The translations under genes and the position numbers were made by a program. A stretch of DNA of 64,000 nucleotides from the NCBI GenBank assembly GCA_963797095.1, contig CAWCNY010000004.1, forward strand, positions 656,580 to 720,579. Reading direction: 5' to 3'. Positions 18,363 through 27,596 of the stretch are shown here, piece after piece. The notes beneath the pieces were generated by a model. That model was not told the DNA's origin. It worked only from the letters and a program-made list of their open reading frames with translations, and made no database searches. The stretch comes from an uncultured Chloroflexia bacterium. GTDB taxonomy: Bacteria > Chloroflexota > Chloroflexia > QHBQ01 > JADMIH01. The number at the start of each line of letters is the position of its first letter. Positions within the stretch are counted from its first letter, which is position 1.

Positions 18363-19211
18363 ATGGAAATCAAGACAGTAGGTGTAGTAGGCGCTGGCAC
18401 GATGGGCAATGGGATCGCCCAGGTATTCGCGACGGCAGGCTTCGCGGTGAAGCTGCGCGACGTTGGTGAAGCGCCCCTTGAGCGCGGGATCAGCAACATC
18501 CGCAAAAGCCTCGCCAAGTTCGTGGAGAAGGGTAAGATGACCCAGGACGAGAACGACGCAGCCCTGGGCCACATCACCACCACCACAGAGCTTTCGGACC
18601 TGTCCACCTGCGACCTCGTTGTAGAGGCGATCTTCGAGAATTACGAGATCAAAGCCGCGGTCTTCAAGGAATTGGACGGCATGCTTGGTCCCGACGCGAT
18701 CCTTGCCTCCAACACATCCTCTATCGACATTACGCGCCTGGCGGCGGTCACAGGCAGGGCCGACCGAGTGATCGGTATGCACTTCTTCAACCCCGTACCC
18801 CTCATGCAGTTAGTCGAGATTATTCGTGGCTTGTCTACGAGCGACGAGACCTATGCAACGATCCGCGACCTGGCCCTGAAGCTGGGTAAGACGCCCGTGG
18901 AAGTGCGCGACTATCCCGGCTTCGTCTCCAACCGAGTGCTGATGCCGATGATAAACGAGGCGGTGTTCGCCCTGTATGAAGGTGTGGCCTCCAAAGAAGA
19001 TATCGACACCGTCATGAAATTGGGCATGAACCACCCGATGGGGCCGCTCACCCTGGCCGACTTCATCGGCCTGGATGTGTGCCTGGATATTCTGAACGTG
19101 CTATATGACGGCTTCAAAGACCCCAAGTACCGGCCATGCCCTCTGCTGGTGAAGATGGTGCAAGCAGGTAAGCTGGGTCGCAAGTCGGGCGAAGGGTTCT
19201 ATAAGTACTAG
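18363..19211 (+). CDS. hbd: 3-hydroxybutyryl-CoA dehydrogenase
   Basis: NAD-binding [13 protein letters not shown]. 3HCDH N- and C-terminal domains. 282 aa. Confidence 0.9.
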   Translation: MEIKTVGVVGAGTMGNGIAQVFATAGFAVKLRDVGEAPLERGISNIRKSLAKFVEKGKMTQDENDAALGHITTTTELSDLSTCDLVVEAIFENYEIKAAVFKELDGMLGPDAILASNTSSIDITRLAAVTGRADRVIGMHFFNPVPLMQLVEIIRGLSTSDETYATIRDLALKLGKTPVEVRDYPGFVSNRVLMPMINEAVFALYEGVASKEDIDTVMKLGMNHPMGPLTLADFIGLDVCLDILNVLYDGFKDPKYRPCPLLVKMVQAGKLGRKSGEGFYKY

Positions 19212-19230
19212 CCGGGGCAAAGCACTGAAC

Positions 19231-19330
19231 GAGTAGCAGGTAGCGAGTAGCGAGTTTTCCTAGTTCTGACTACCGACTACCGACTACCGACTGCCGACTA
19301 CCAGTAACTAGGAACTTGGAACTTGGAACG
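19231..19330. repeat. Compound heptamer arrays and hairpin: (gtagcgag)x2, (ctaccga)x5, (ggaactt)x2
   Basis: Direct read. The ttcctagtt / aactaggaa inverted repeat brackets the (ctaccga)5 array, between hbd and the acyl-CoA dehydrogenase gene. Confidence 0.8.
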
Positions 19331-20492
19331 AGGTAATCAGATGGAATTCGCCTTAACAGAAGAACAAAGATTGATCCAGCAGACGGCCCGCGAATTCGCG
19401 GACGAGAAGCTGGCACCCCTGGCCGCCGAGTACGACCGGAGCGAAGAGTTCACGGCCCCGCAGGCCAAAATGCTGGCCGAGATGGGCTTCCTTGGCATGA
19501 TGGTGCCCGAAGAATACGGCGGCGCGGGCCTGGACACCGTCTCCTATGTGCTCGCCATGGAGGAAGTCAGCCGGGCATGCGCTTCAAGCTCGGTGACTAT
19601 GACCGTCCAGAACTCGCTCGTCAACTGGCCCATCCAGTATTACGGGAACGAAGAACAGAAGCGCAAATACCTGGTGCCCCTCGCACGGGGCGAGATCCTG
19701 GGGTGCTTTGGTCTCAGCGAACCCGCCGCAGGCTCGGACCCCGCTTCGATGGCGACCACCGCCATTGAGGACGGCGACAGCTACATCCTCAACGGCTCCA
19801 AGATATTCATCTCCAATGGAGGGGTATCGCAAATAGCCCTCGTGTGGACGCAAACCGACCGCGACCTCAAGCACAAAGGGATCACCTGCTTCATCGTCGA
19901 TGCGGATGCTCCCGGCTTCGTCATAGGGGCTGAGGAGAAGAAGCTCGGCATCCGAGGCTCCAACACCACCGAGCTGCACTTTGAGAATTGCCGCGTGCCC
20001 AAAGCCAATATGCTTGGCAGCCTGGGCGAGGGGTTCAAGATCGCCATGCAAACGCTCGATGGGGGGCGGATCGGGATCGCGGCGCAAGCCGTCGGGATCG
20101 GGCAGGCTTGTGTTGATGCATCCGTCAAATATGCACATGAGAGGCAGGCGTTCGGCAAGCCGCTGGGAGACATTCAGGCGATCCAGTTCAAGATAGCAGA
20201 TATGGCTATGGAGGTGCAGGCATCGCGCCTACTGACTTTGCACGCGGCCTGGACCAAAGACCAGGGGGTGCGCTTCTCCAAGGAAGCCGCGATGGCGAAA
20301 TTGCACGCCTCTGAAGCCGCCACAAATGCCGCGCATATGGCGGTGCAGGTGCACGGCGGTTACGGCTACCTGCGCGACTTCCCGGTGGAGAGGCTCTACC
20401 GCGACGCTCGCATCACCGAGATCTACGAGGGCACCTCCGAGATACAACGTATCGTGATAAGCAGCATGGTGCTCAAGGAAGGCCAGCGGTAA
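19323..20492 (+). CDS. Short-chain (butyryl-CoA-type) acyl-CoA dehydrogenase
   Basis: Full ACAD N/M/C domains. Catalytic-base region YEGTSEIQ. 389 aa. Confidence 0.9.
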   Translation: MERGNQMEFALTEEQRLIQQTAREFADEKLAPLAAEYDRSEEFTAPQAKMLAEMGFLGMMVPEEYGGAGLDTVSYVLAMEEVSRACASSSVTMTVQNSLVNWPIQYYGNEEQKRKYLVPLARGEILGCFGLSEPAAGSDPASMATTAIEDGDSYILNGSKIFISNGGVSQIALVWTQTDRDLKHKGITCFIVDADAPGFVIGAEEKKLGIRGSNTTELHFENCRVPKANMLGSLGEGFKIAMQTLDGGRIGIAAQAVGIGQACVDASVKYAHERQAFGKPLGDIQAIQFKIADMAMEVQASRLLTLHAAWTKDQGVRFSKEAAMAKLHASEAATNAAHMAVQVHGGYGYLRDFPVERLYRDARITEIYEGTSEIQRIVISSMVLKEGQR

Positions 20493-20512
20493 TGGCTAAA
20501 TAACGGATAAAA

Positions 20513-20547
20513 GAAAGGACGGGTGTGCTCTTGCACCCGTCCTTTTG
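20513..20547. terminator. Bidirectional intrinsic terminator
   Basis: ggacgggtg-tgctcttg-cacccgtcc stem, flanked by TTTT on the plus strand and tttcttt on the minus strand. Sits between the convergent ACAD gene and the 41-aa gene. Confidence 0.7.
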
Positions 20548-20563
20548 CCGCAGTCGTCGTGAC

Positions 20564-20689
20564 TTACTTGTCGCGCTTCTGGTTCGCCTTGCGAACCTTG
20601 CTGAGAAGCCTGCTAACCTTGGCGTCCTTGGCGCGCTCGCGGTCAATGTCACGTGCGATCTGGTAAATTGCATACATATTGGAAAGCAT
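20564..20689 (-). CDS. Small basic protein (41 aa), unknown function
   Basis: Strong SD GGAGGAGGG 8 nt upstream of the ATG. Translation MLSNMYAIYQIARDIDRERAKDAKVSRLLSKVRKANQKRDK. Followed by the bidirectional terminator. Shorter than the ORF-track cutoff. Confidence 0.45.
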   Translation of the reverse strand: MLSNMYAIYQIARDIDRERAKDAKVSRLLSKVRKANQKRDK

Positions 20690-20855
20690 CGCTTTGTCCC
20701 TCCTCCTCATTAGTCTTCAGCCGTCTCTTGTTATTCCTCACACTGCTATTGTAGCCGTGTACAGGCTTCGGCACATCGGAAATAGGAGGTAACAATCGGA
20801 TAGACTATAGTCTCATTAACCGGGTGTAAAGGGTACACCTAACGATGCGAGAGAG

Positions 20856-20875
20856 CATACATCTATAGATGTATG
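20856..20875. promoter_or_regulatory. Perfect 20-bp palindrome CATACATCTATAGATGTATG, with two further palindromes at 20803-20812 and 20823-20839
   Basis: Direct read. Lies upstream of the 41-aa gene and downstream of the REC gene. Operator-like. Confidence 0.45.
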
Positions 20876-20987
20876 TCTAAGTGACCCTGCAAACACGCGA
20901 AAATCGGGGTTTGAACCGGTGCTAAAAGAACTTGAGAGGAGGGGGAAAGTATTCGGAAAAAACTGCCGTTAAGTCCAGTATTTGAAA

Positions 20988-21533
20988 CTACTTGCCGGTT
21001 GCTGCTGTTCTTATCGCGCTAATCAACTGCTTGTAAGGAACGCCTTTTTCCAAAAATAGATTGACACCTGCTCTTTGTGCTGCCGTTCTGTCTGCTTCCC
21101 CGTCGTGAATGCTGAGTGCCACCACCGAATTTGCCAGGTTACCTTCCTTGATCTCAGTCAGTGCATCAAAATCATCGCAGCAGTGCATATCCAGATCAAC
21201 TAAAACAACATCGGGGCGCATTCGGTAGGCCATCTTGATCATTTCGCAATCGTCGGCGGCCTCGCCCACTACACTGATCTGCGGGTCCAATTCCAACATC
21301 GTCTTGAGGCAGGAGCGAAGGGTCGCATGATCGCCCGCAATAAGGACGCGCACCGCAGAAAGTTGAGGGGAAACGGTTGGGGAAACTACCGGGGAATTCT
21401 GAGGGGAGACGGAGGTAACAGAAGAAGCGCCTGATCTGGATTTAGTCTCGCCGCCTATCGATATACGTGGAAAGCGCTGTCGTCCAGCATATTCAGCAGG
21501 TGATATTTGGCGAGTATTCAGGGTCATCAGCAT
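20988..21533 (-). CDS. Single-domain response regulator (CheY-like receiver) with a Ser/Pro-rich N-terminal extension
   Basis: REC fold (VLIAGDHA...VVLVDLDM...). No output domain. AT-rich promoter region upstream. Confidence 0.65.
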   Translation of the reverse strand: MLMTLNTRQISPAEYAGRQRFPRISIGGETKSRSGASSVTSVSPQNSPVVSPTVSPQLSAVRVLIAGDHATLRSCLKTMLELDPQISVVGEAADDCEMIKMAYRMRPDVVLVDLDMHCCDDFDALTEIKEGNLANSVVALSIHDGEADRTAAQRAGVNLFLEKGVPYKQLISAIRTAATGK

Positions 21534-21738
21534 CCTCCGTAGGTATCTAGTCTGTTATGAACTTGTCCCCACTGATGCCGTAAAAACTTATACCAGGCCG
21601 GGGATAAATGTCATCCTTTTTATATATATCACAATTTATCGCCGTTGTCACTGGTATTTAGGCACTAATTTGCTTATATCCGCTGGTAGTATGTAAGATA
21701 CATCGCAAGACCTAGAAATAATGTTCCAAAAATGTGGA

Positions 21739-22395
21739 TTAATCCACAATTCGCTGCCGTAGTGCGTAAACGGCGGCTTGAGTCCGGTCTGACAGGTGCA
21801 ACTTTTGGAGTATGTTGCTGACGTGGGTCTTGACGGTCTTTTCGCTCAGAACCAGCTCTTCCGATATATCTTTGTTGCTTTTGCCCTGCGCTATCAGCCT
21901 TAATACCTCAAGTTCTCGCTCGGTCAGGTCGTGTTTGGGGGCCGAGGGTTGGGGGTTGGCGAACTCTTGCATCACCTTGCGGGCGATCTCAGGGTCGAGC
22001 TGGGCTTCTCCCCTGTTGACGGTCCTGATGGCCGTCACAAGATCGCTGGGATCAACATCTTTCATCAGATAGCCCTGCGCGCCCGCCTTAATGGAAGCAA
22101 AGACCTTCTCATCCTCGCTGAAAGATGTGAGCACTATCACTCGCGTATTGGGAGAGAGGTTGCGAACGGCCCTGGTGGCCTCAACACCATCCATCACGGG
22201 CATGACAAGGTCCATAAGCACTATGTCGGGCAGCTTTTCGCCCACCAGTGCCAGCGCCTCGCGCCCATTAGCGGCTTCGCCAACCACCTCTATGTCCGGT
22301 TGCAATTGCAAGTAAGTCATAAGTCCCTGCCGCACGATAGCGTGGTCGTCCACTATGATCACGGTGATCTTGTCAGCATCTCCTGAATTCGCCAT
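21739..22395 (-). CDS. NarL/FixJ-family response regulator (REC + LuxR HTH)
   Basis: VIIVDDH, LMDLVMP, and LTERELEVL...GKSNKDISEEL...SEKTVKTHV. Confidence 0.9.
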   Translation of the reverse strand: MANSGDADKITVIIVDDHAIVRQGLMTYLQLQPDIEVVGEAANGREALALVGEKLPDIVLMDLVMPVMDGVEATRAVRNLSPNTRVIVLTSFSEDEKVFASIKAGAQGYLMKDVDPSDLVTAIRTVNRGEAQLDPEIARKVMQEFANPQPSAPKHDLTERELEVLRLIAQGKSNKDISEELVLSEKTVKTHVSNILQKLHLSDRTQAAVYALRQRIVD

Positions 22396-22425
22396 TGCTC
22401 CCTCCCAGAGAGTGATACGTGACCT

Positions 22426-22475
22426 GCTTCGTACTGCGTGCTGCGTATTTACTCGTCACTCGTCACTCGTCACTC
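22426..22475. repeat. Heptamer arrays (tactgcg)x2 then (actcgtc)x4
   Basis: Direct read, between the response regulator and the histidine kinase. Confidence 0.85.
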
Positions 22476-22493
22476 GTAATCATCAGCCTCGTC

Positions 22494-24167
22494 TCACACG
22501 CACGGCACTTCAACTACCACCATCGTACCCTGGCCTGATGGGTTGGGGCCTATTTCGAACCTGCCGCCCAGTTGTTCTACTCGCTCCCTCATAGAGGTGA
22601 GACCAAGCGTGCCCGGCTTCACCAGGCCCGTCTCAATTCCCACACCGTTGTCCTTTATCTTCAGCATAACACATTCGTCCTGTGAGTTGAGATAGATGGC
22701 GGCTTCGGTAGCCTTGGCGTGCTTGACTATATTATTTAGGGCTTCCTGGGCCACTCGGAACAGGGCTTTTTCGATGTTCAGAGGGAGCCGTCCCTGCCCC
22801 TTCGTGTCCACGCGCACCACCAAACCATAGCGGTCGCTGATCATTTTGGCGTGCTTGGTGAGCACCGCTGCCAAACCCTCCTGCTCAAGATTAGCGGGCC
22901 GCAGCTCGAAGATCAGGGTGCGCATCTCCTTGAGAGCAGCGTTCGCCGTTTCGTACAGCAACCTGATCTGAGAGCGGGCTTTCTCCTGGTCGCTGTCGAA
23001 AAAGAGATTGGCTGCCTCTGCATTCAGCACCATGCTGAACAACGACTGTGATAGGCTGTCGTGCAACTCACGCGCAAGCCTGTTGCGCTCTTGCAAGATA
23101 TCCTGCTCGCGAGACCTATCGTAGAGGCGAGCGTTCTCTATCGCGATAGCCGCCTGATTCGAGAAGGCCAGCACGGTCCTTCCGTCGTCCTCGTCATAAT
23201 ACTCAGGATCGCTCTTGTCGAGGGTCAGCGCACCGATTACTTCATCACGGAACATGAGGGGCACGCCAATCCAAGATCGCGTTGGATCGTCTCGGTTGCC
23301 TATGTAGCCCGGTTCTTCACGCACGTTGCTAAGCACCACCGGGGCCTGGCCTTCGAGGAGCCTCCTGGTTAGCTCGTTCTCATTGCGGTCGAAGCTGACG
23401 CCTATAATATCCTCACCTTCGGTAAATCCCTTGGCCGCAATCACGCGCAGGTGGTCCCCGAACAGGAGCATTATCGAGGACCGGTCGTATTGCACCACCT
23501 CGGCAAGCTGGTCGAGGATGAGGGCAAGCACGTTATCCAGGTCGAGCGACGAAGATATCAGGGCGCTTGAACGCACCAGCGCAGACACTTCGCGCACGCG
23601 CCGCTTCAGTTGCAGGCGCTGGCGCTCAAGCTCGGACACCTGCTCCTGCAATTGCGCGTTGAGAGCCAGCGAATAGAGCTTGCTGAACCGGATCACAAGC
23701 CAACGCAAGGCAGAATCGAGCGACCGCGCCATCTCCAGCGCGGCGCTGTCATCACCGTCCCAGCCCTGCTCGCGGCGGATGATTGGGAGCAACGCCTCGT
23801 CAAGAAGCAGATGCCCCTCGATCACCTCCGATATGTCGAATCCCTGCTCGGCTCTTTGCTCGCAAATCGTTTGCGAGTAAGCTATAAGCCCATCATAGTT
23901 CCCCGACCGGAACAGATCGGCCAGCGCGGTGATGCAACTGTTCGAGCAGCTCTGTAGCTCGGTGACGGGGCGCTCGCGGTAGTGGGAATCCTCCATCGAG
24001 TAGAGGAGCTTGACCCAGGCGGCGATCAATTCGTCCTTATAGGCTTCTAACAGGTCAGCCAGGCTTGGATTTTGGATCTTGGGCTTGGGATTTTGAATCT
24101 TGGCACGCGCTTTCTGCGCACCCTGATCGGTGTAAGGTTTTGTTTCTGTCGATTCTACTCTAGCCAT
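22494..24167 (-). CDS. Sensor histidine kinase (GAF + HisKA_3 + HATPase_c), NarX/DegS-like
   Basis: LARELHDSLSQSL H-box and a C-terminal HATPase (G-boxes). Cytoplasmic GAF domain. N-terminal insertion KIQNPKPKIQNPS encoded by a heptamer array. Confidence 0.85.
   Translation of the reverse strand: MARVESTETKPYTDQGAQKARAKIQNPKPKIQNPSLADLLEAYKDELIAAWVKLLYSMEDSHYRERPVTELQSCSNSCITALADLFRSGNYDGLIAYSQTICEQRAEQGFDISEVIEGHLLLDEALLPIIRREQGWDGDDSAALEMARSLDSALRWLVIRFSKLYSLALNAQLQEQVSELERQRLQLKRRVREVSALVRSSALISSSLDLDNVLALILDQLAEVVQYDRSSIMLLFGDHLRVIAAKGFTEGEDIIGVSFDRNENELTRRLLEGQAPVVLSNVREEPGYIGNRDDPTRSWIGVPLMFRDEVIGALTLDKSDPEYYDEDDGRTVLAFSNQAAIAIENARLYDRSREQDILQERNRLARELHDSLSQSLFSMVLNAEAANLFFDSDQEKARSQIRLLYETANAALKEMRTLIFELRPANLEQEGLAAVLTKHAKMISDRYGLVVRVDTKGQGRLPLNIEKALFRVAQEALNNIVKHAKATEAAIYLNSQDECVMLKIKDNGVGIETGLVKPGTLGLTSMRERVEQLGGRFEIGPNPSGQGTMVVVEVPCV
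24066..24102. repeat. Heptamer array (gattttg-like)x5, in-frame inside the histidine kinase CDS
   Basis: ggattttg gatcttg ggcttgg gattttg aatcttg. The coding strand gives KIQNPKPKIQNPS. Confidence 0.8.
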
Positions 24168-24213
24168 GTATGTCCACCATAATAACCGAAAATCCGCAGC
24201 CTGTTATTCATAA

Positions 24214-25644
24214 TCACTTCTTGCCTGGTACACCAGGCTCGGTCATAGCCACCGGATCGAGGATGCGGTCCAATTCCTCGGCGGTGAGGAAGCCGTTTGC
24301 CAGCACGATCTCGCGGATCGGCTTGCCGGTGCGCGAGTTCTCCTGGGCAACTTTGGCGGCGGCGCTGTACCCTATGTAAGCGTTGAGAGCGGTCGCCAGG
24401 CCGTTGCTGTTCTCCACATACCAGGCGCAACGCTCCTCGTTGGCCGTGATCCCTTCAATGCAGTACTCGGCCACGACCTCCATAGCGTTACGCAATATAT
24501 CTATGCTCATCAGCATATCGAACGCCATTACCGGCATCATCACGTTCAATTCAAGCTGGCCTGCCTGCACAGCCATCGTGATAGTAGTGTCGTTGCCGAT
24601 CACCTGGAAGCATGCCATGTTGAGCATCTCAAGCAAGACCGGGTTGACCTTGCCCGGCATGATCGAGGAGCCGGGTTGCACCGCTGGCAGACTGATCTCG
24701 GAGAGGCCGGTCTGCGGGCCGGACGACATCAAGCGCAGGTCGTTGGCAATGCGGGTCAATTCGAGCGCCAGCAGCTTGAGCGCGCCGTGGGCTTCGGCCA
24801 TCGCATACTGCGACTCGGTCATCTCCACAAGGTGCTCGGCGGGTTTGAGGGGAAGGCCCGTTAGCTCGGAGAGCTTGGTGACCACCGCTTTCTGGTAGCG
24901 CGGATCGCTGTTGAGACCGGTGCCTGCCGCCGTCGCGCCGATGTTCAATTCAAGCAGGGCTTCAGCAGCGTGCCTGATCTTCTTGTTCATCTTGTCGAGG
25001 GTTCGACCGTATGCGGTGAACTCCTGCCCTAGCCTGATCGGAACAGCATCCTGCAAGTGGGTCCTACCAGACTTTACGATGTGGTCGAACTCCTTCCCTT
25101 TGGCCGCGAAAGCCTTTTGCAGGCGCTCCAGCGAAGGGTAAAGAAGCTGCAATTGCATCAGGGAGGCCAGTCGCATAGCGGTCGGGAAAACGTCGTTGGT
25201 CGATTGCGCCATATTTACGTGGTCGTTGGGGTGGATAGGCTTGTACTCGCCGCGCTTGCCGCCCAGGCTCTCGTTGGCTATGTTGGCAAGCACTTCGTTG
25301 GTGTTCATATTGTGCGAGGTGCCCGCGCCCGCCTGGATCGGGTCCACGCGCCACTGGTCAAGATACTCGCCGTTCAACACCCGCTCGGCGGCGGCTACGA
25401 TGGCGCTTGCGCGCTCAGGGTCAAGCTGGCCCAGGTCGCGGTTCACCTCGGCTGCTGCGCGCTTGACGAGCACCGTGGCCCGCACAAGCGTAGGGTGGGG
25501 CCGCAGACCTGTGATCGGGAAGTTGCGAATGGCCCGCGAAGTCTGCGCGCCGTACAACGCATCCACCGGCACCTGCACGTCGCCCAGCGAGTTTTTTTCG
25601 ATCCGATATGCGTCACTAGCCCCATTGGTAGTGTTTTCAGCCAT
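24214..25644 (-). CDS. aspA: Aspartate ammonia-lyase (aspartase)
   Basis: GSSIMPGKVNPV signature. The N-terminal region aligns closely to E. coli AspA (GAGTS.NMNTNEVLANI...GEYK...PNDHVN..QSTND). Confidence 0.8.
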   Translation of the reverse strand: MAENTTNGASDAYRIEKNSLGDVQVPVDALYGAQTSRAIRNFPITGLRPHPTLVRATVLVKRAAAEVNRDLGQLDPERASAIVAAAERVLNGEYLDQWRVDPIQAGAGTSHNMNTNEVLANIANESLGGKRGEYKPIHPNDHVNMAQSTNDVFPTAMRLASLMQLQLLYPSLERLQKAFAAKGKEFDHIVKSGRTHLQDAVPIRLGQEFTAYGRTLDKMNKKIRHAAEALLELNIGATAAGTGLNSDPRYQKAVVTKLSELTGLPLKPAEHLVEMTESQYAMAEAHGALKLLALELTRIANDLRLMSSGPQTGLSEISLPAVQPGSSIMPGKVNPVLLEMLNMACFQVIGNDTTITMAVQAGQLELNVMMPVMAFDMLMSIDILRNAMEVVAEYCIEGITANEERCAWYVENSNGLATALNAYIGYSAAAKVAQENSRTGKPIREIVLANGFLTAEELDRILDPVAMTEPGVPGKK

Positions 25645-25725
25645 GATGTAAGATTCCTCCGTGTTCGTAAATGCTCACACCCATTATAATCTCCCATATC
25701 TACCCCCACAAGGCGCGCTGCCCAC

Positions 25726-26517
25726 ATGACCACACTCATCGTAAAACTCCTGCTAACTCCTATCCTCATAGCCCTCGTATCCCTGGCGGGCAGGAGGTGG
25801 GGACCGGCGGCAAGTGGTCTCCTTGTGGGATTACCCCTAACTTCGGGGCCGGTGTCAGTGTTTCTTGCTCTCGAACAGGGCACGACCTTTGCGGCGCTGG
25901 CCGCCACCGGCACGCTGGTTGGCCTGGCTGGCGTATCGGTCTTCTGCCTTGCTTACTGCCTTACGGCACGCGGGCGCTCATGGGGGCGATCCACGCTGGT
26001 GGCGTTGGGGGCCTTTGTGCCGACAATGGCGCTGCTCGGCGTTTGGACCTACACGCTGCCCGTAGCCTTCGCGATGGCGTTTGCCTTCCTTCTCGGAACT
26101 TACCTGCTGATCCCCAACCTGAAAGAGACGCTAAACAAGTCCAAGCCACCCAAATGGGACCTCCCTGTTCGTATGTTGATCGCGACCGGACTGGTGTTGA
26201 GCTTAACCGAAGCCGCCTCTCTGCTGGGGCCGGAGTTGAGCGGGCTGCTCTCTCCACTGCCTGTCTTCTCGACAATCCTGGCCGTGTTTGCCCACCACAC
26301 TCATGGGGCTGCCTCCGGCATCAGGGTGCTCAAAGGCCAGATCATAGGGTTGTTTGCGTTTGCCACCTTCTTCCTCATAGTCGGTAGTCTCCTTACCCAG
26401 CTAGAAATCCTGCTCACTTACACCATAGCCACAGCCGCCGCCCTGGTGATAAGCGCGTTCGCGCACCTCTATGTGCGCCGCGAAGGATCGCGCCGCTCGC
26501 TTCCAGTAGGGAAGTAG
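25726..26517 (+). CDS. Integral membrane protein (7-8 TM), unknown function
   Basis: Hydrophobic 263-aa ORF with no recognisable catalytic motif. Confidence 0.5.
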   Translation: MTTLIVKLLLTPILIALVSLAGRRWGPAASGLLVGLPLTSGPVSVFLALEQGTTFAALAATGTLVGLAGVSVFCLAYCLTARGRSWGRSTLVALGAFVPTMALLGVWTYTLPVAFAMAFAFLLGTYLLIPNLKETLNKSKPPKWDLPVRMLIATGLVLSLTEAASLLGPELSGLLSPLPVFSTILAVFAHHTHGAASGIRVLKGQIIGLFAFATFFLIVGSLLTQLEILLTYTIATAAALVISAFAHLYVRREGSRRSLPVGK

Positions 26518-26526
26518 GGGCACCAA

Positions 26527-26612
26527 AGGTGGGCAATGTTGTCGCATAGACCCAAGAACGTGGCCCAAGTGCGGGCACTATGCTGGTGTTCTTTTGCGAC
26601 AACATTGCCACT
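26527..26612. promoter_or_regulatory. Long inverted repeat (17-bp arms ggcaatgttgtcgca / tgcgacaacattgcc, about 50-nt spacer)
   Basis: Direct read. Downstream of the membrane protein gene and upstream of a TGcTATAAT extended -10 at about 26664-26672 for the OmpR-type response regulator. Confidence 0.4.
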
Positions 26613-26728
26613 TCCTGAAAAGAGGCGAAGCCAACCGACTCTTCTGCCGCGTACCTCGTGCTATAATACGTCTGATGAGGGTCGTAGGCGTGCCCTGAAA
26701 CTGACATAGCATCAAAAGCACAACAAAG

Positions 26729-27430
26729 ATGAGCGACAAGATCATCCTGCTTGTAGACGACGAGCCGCATATACTTGAGCTTATCAAGCTCTACATGGCG
26801 AGCGAGCCGTACAACATCGAGACCGCCACCACCGGGCCGGAGGCGTTGAGCAAGTTCGCCTCACTTAGGCCCGATCTGATTGTGCTCGACCTCATGCTCC
26901 CGGAGATCGACGGCTGGGAGGTGTGCCGCAGGATCAGGCGCGAAAGCGAAGTGCCGATCATCATGCTCACGGCGCGCACCGACGACGTGGACAAGATCGT
27001 TGGCCTTGAACTTGGCGCGGACGACTACATGGGCAAGCCGTTCAACCCACGCGAACTGGCGGCCCGCATTAAGGCTGTACTGCGCCGCGCATCGGCCCCC
27101 GAACGCCCCCTCACCGCGGGCCGCCCTCCAATGACCTTTGGCAACACCACCATCGACCAGGATCGCCACGAAGTCACCATAAACGACGAGCAGATTGAGT
27201 TGCGCACCAAAGAATTCGAGCTATTGGTGGCTTTCGTTCAGCACAAGGGGCTTGTCCTGGAACGCGACAAGTTGCTCAACATAGTGTGGGGCTACGAATA
27301 TTTCGGCGACACGCGCACAGTTGATGTGCACGTAGCCCATCTGCGCGACCGGTTGGCAGGCTCCAACATCAATATCCAGACGATAAGAGGCGTAGGTTAC
27401 AAGGCGGTGCTGTCGGACGAAGAACGATAG
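26729..27430 (+). CDS. OmpR/PhoB-family response regulator
   Basis: REC (LLVDDE...VLDLMLP) plus a winged-helix Trans_reg_C domain (RTVDVHVAHLR). Confidence 0.9.
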   Translation: MSDKIILLVDDEPHILELIKLYMASEPYNIETATTGPEALSKFASLRPDLIVLDLMLPEIDGWEVCRRIRRESEVPIIMLTARTDDVDKIVGLELGADDYMGKPFNPRELAARIKAVLRRASAPERPLTAGRPPMTFGNTTIDQDRHEVTINDEQIELRTKEFELLVAFVQHKGLVLERDKLLNIVWGYEYFGDTRTVDVHVAHLRDRLAGSNINIQTIRGVGYKAVLSDEER

Positions 27431-27540
27431 ACGGACGAAGGACGAAAGCGATTTTACAAGCATTTTACACTCACGCTACCCTCATCTAATCGCACCCTGC
27501 TAAGGTAGAATGATAACCGCACGATCGAACTTCACTAGCA

Positions 27541-27585
27541 ATTCGTCACTCGTCACTCGTCACTCGTCACCCGTCACTCGTCGTC
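27541..27585. repeat. Heptamer array (attcgtc)(actcgtc)x3(acccgtc)(actcgtc)
   Basis: Direct read. Overlaps the longest-ORF N-terminus of the histidine kinase (translated SSLVTRHSSPVTRR). Confidence 0.85.
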
Positions 27586-27596
27586 CGCCCAAAACA

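Noticed and set aside
19212-19322. Possible tRNA or small RNA in the repeat-rich hbd/ACAD spacer.
   Set aside because: There is no cloverleaf or anticodon arm. The sequence is entirely heptamer arrays within one hairpin.
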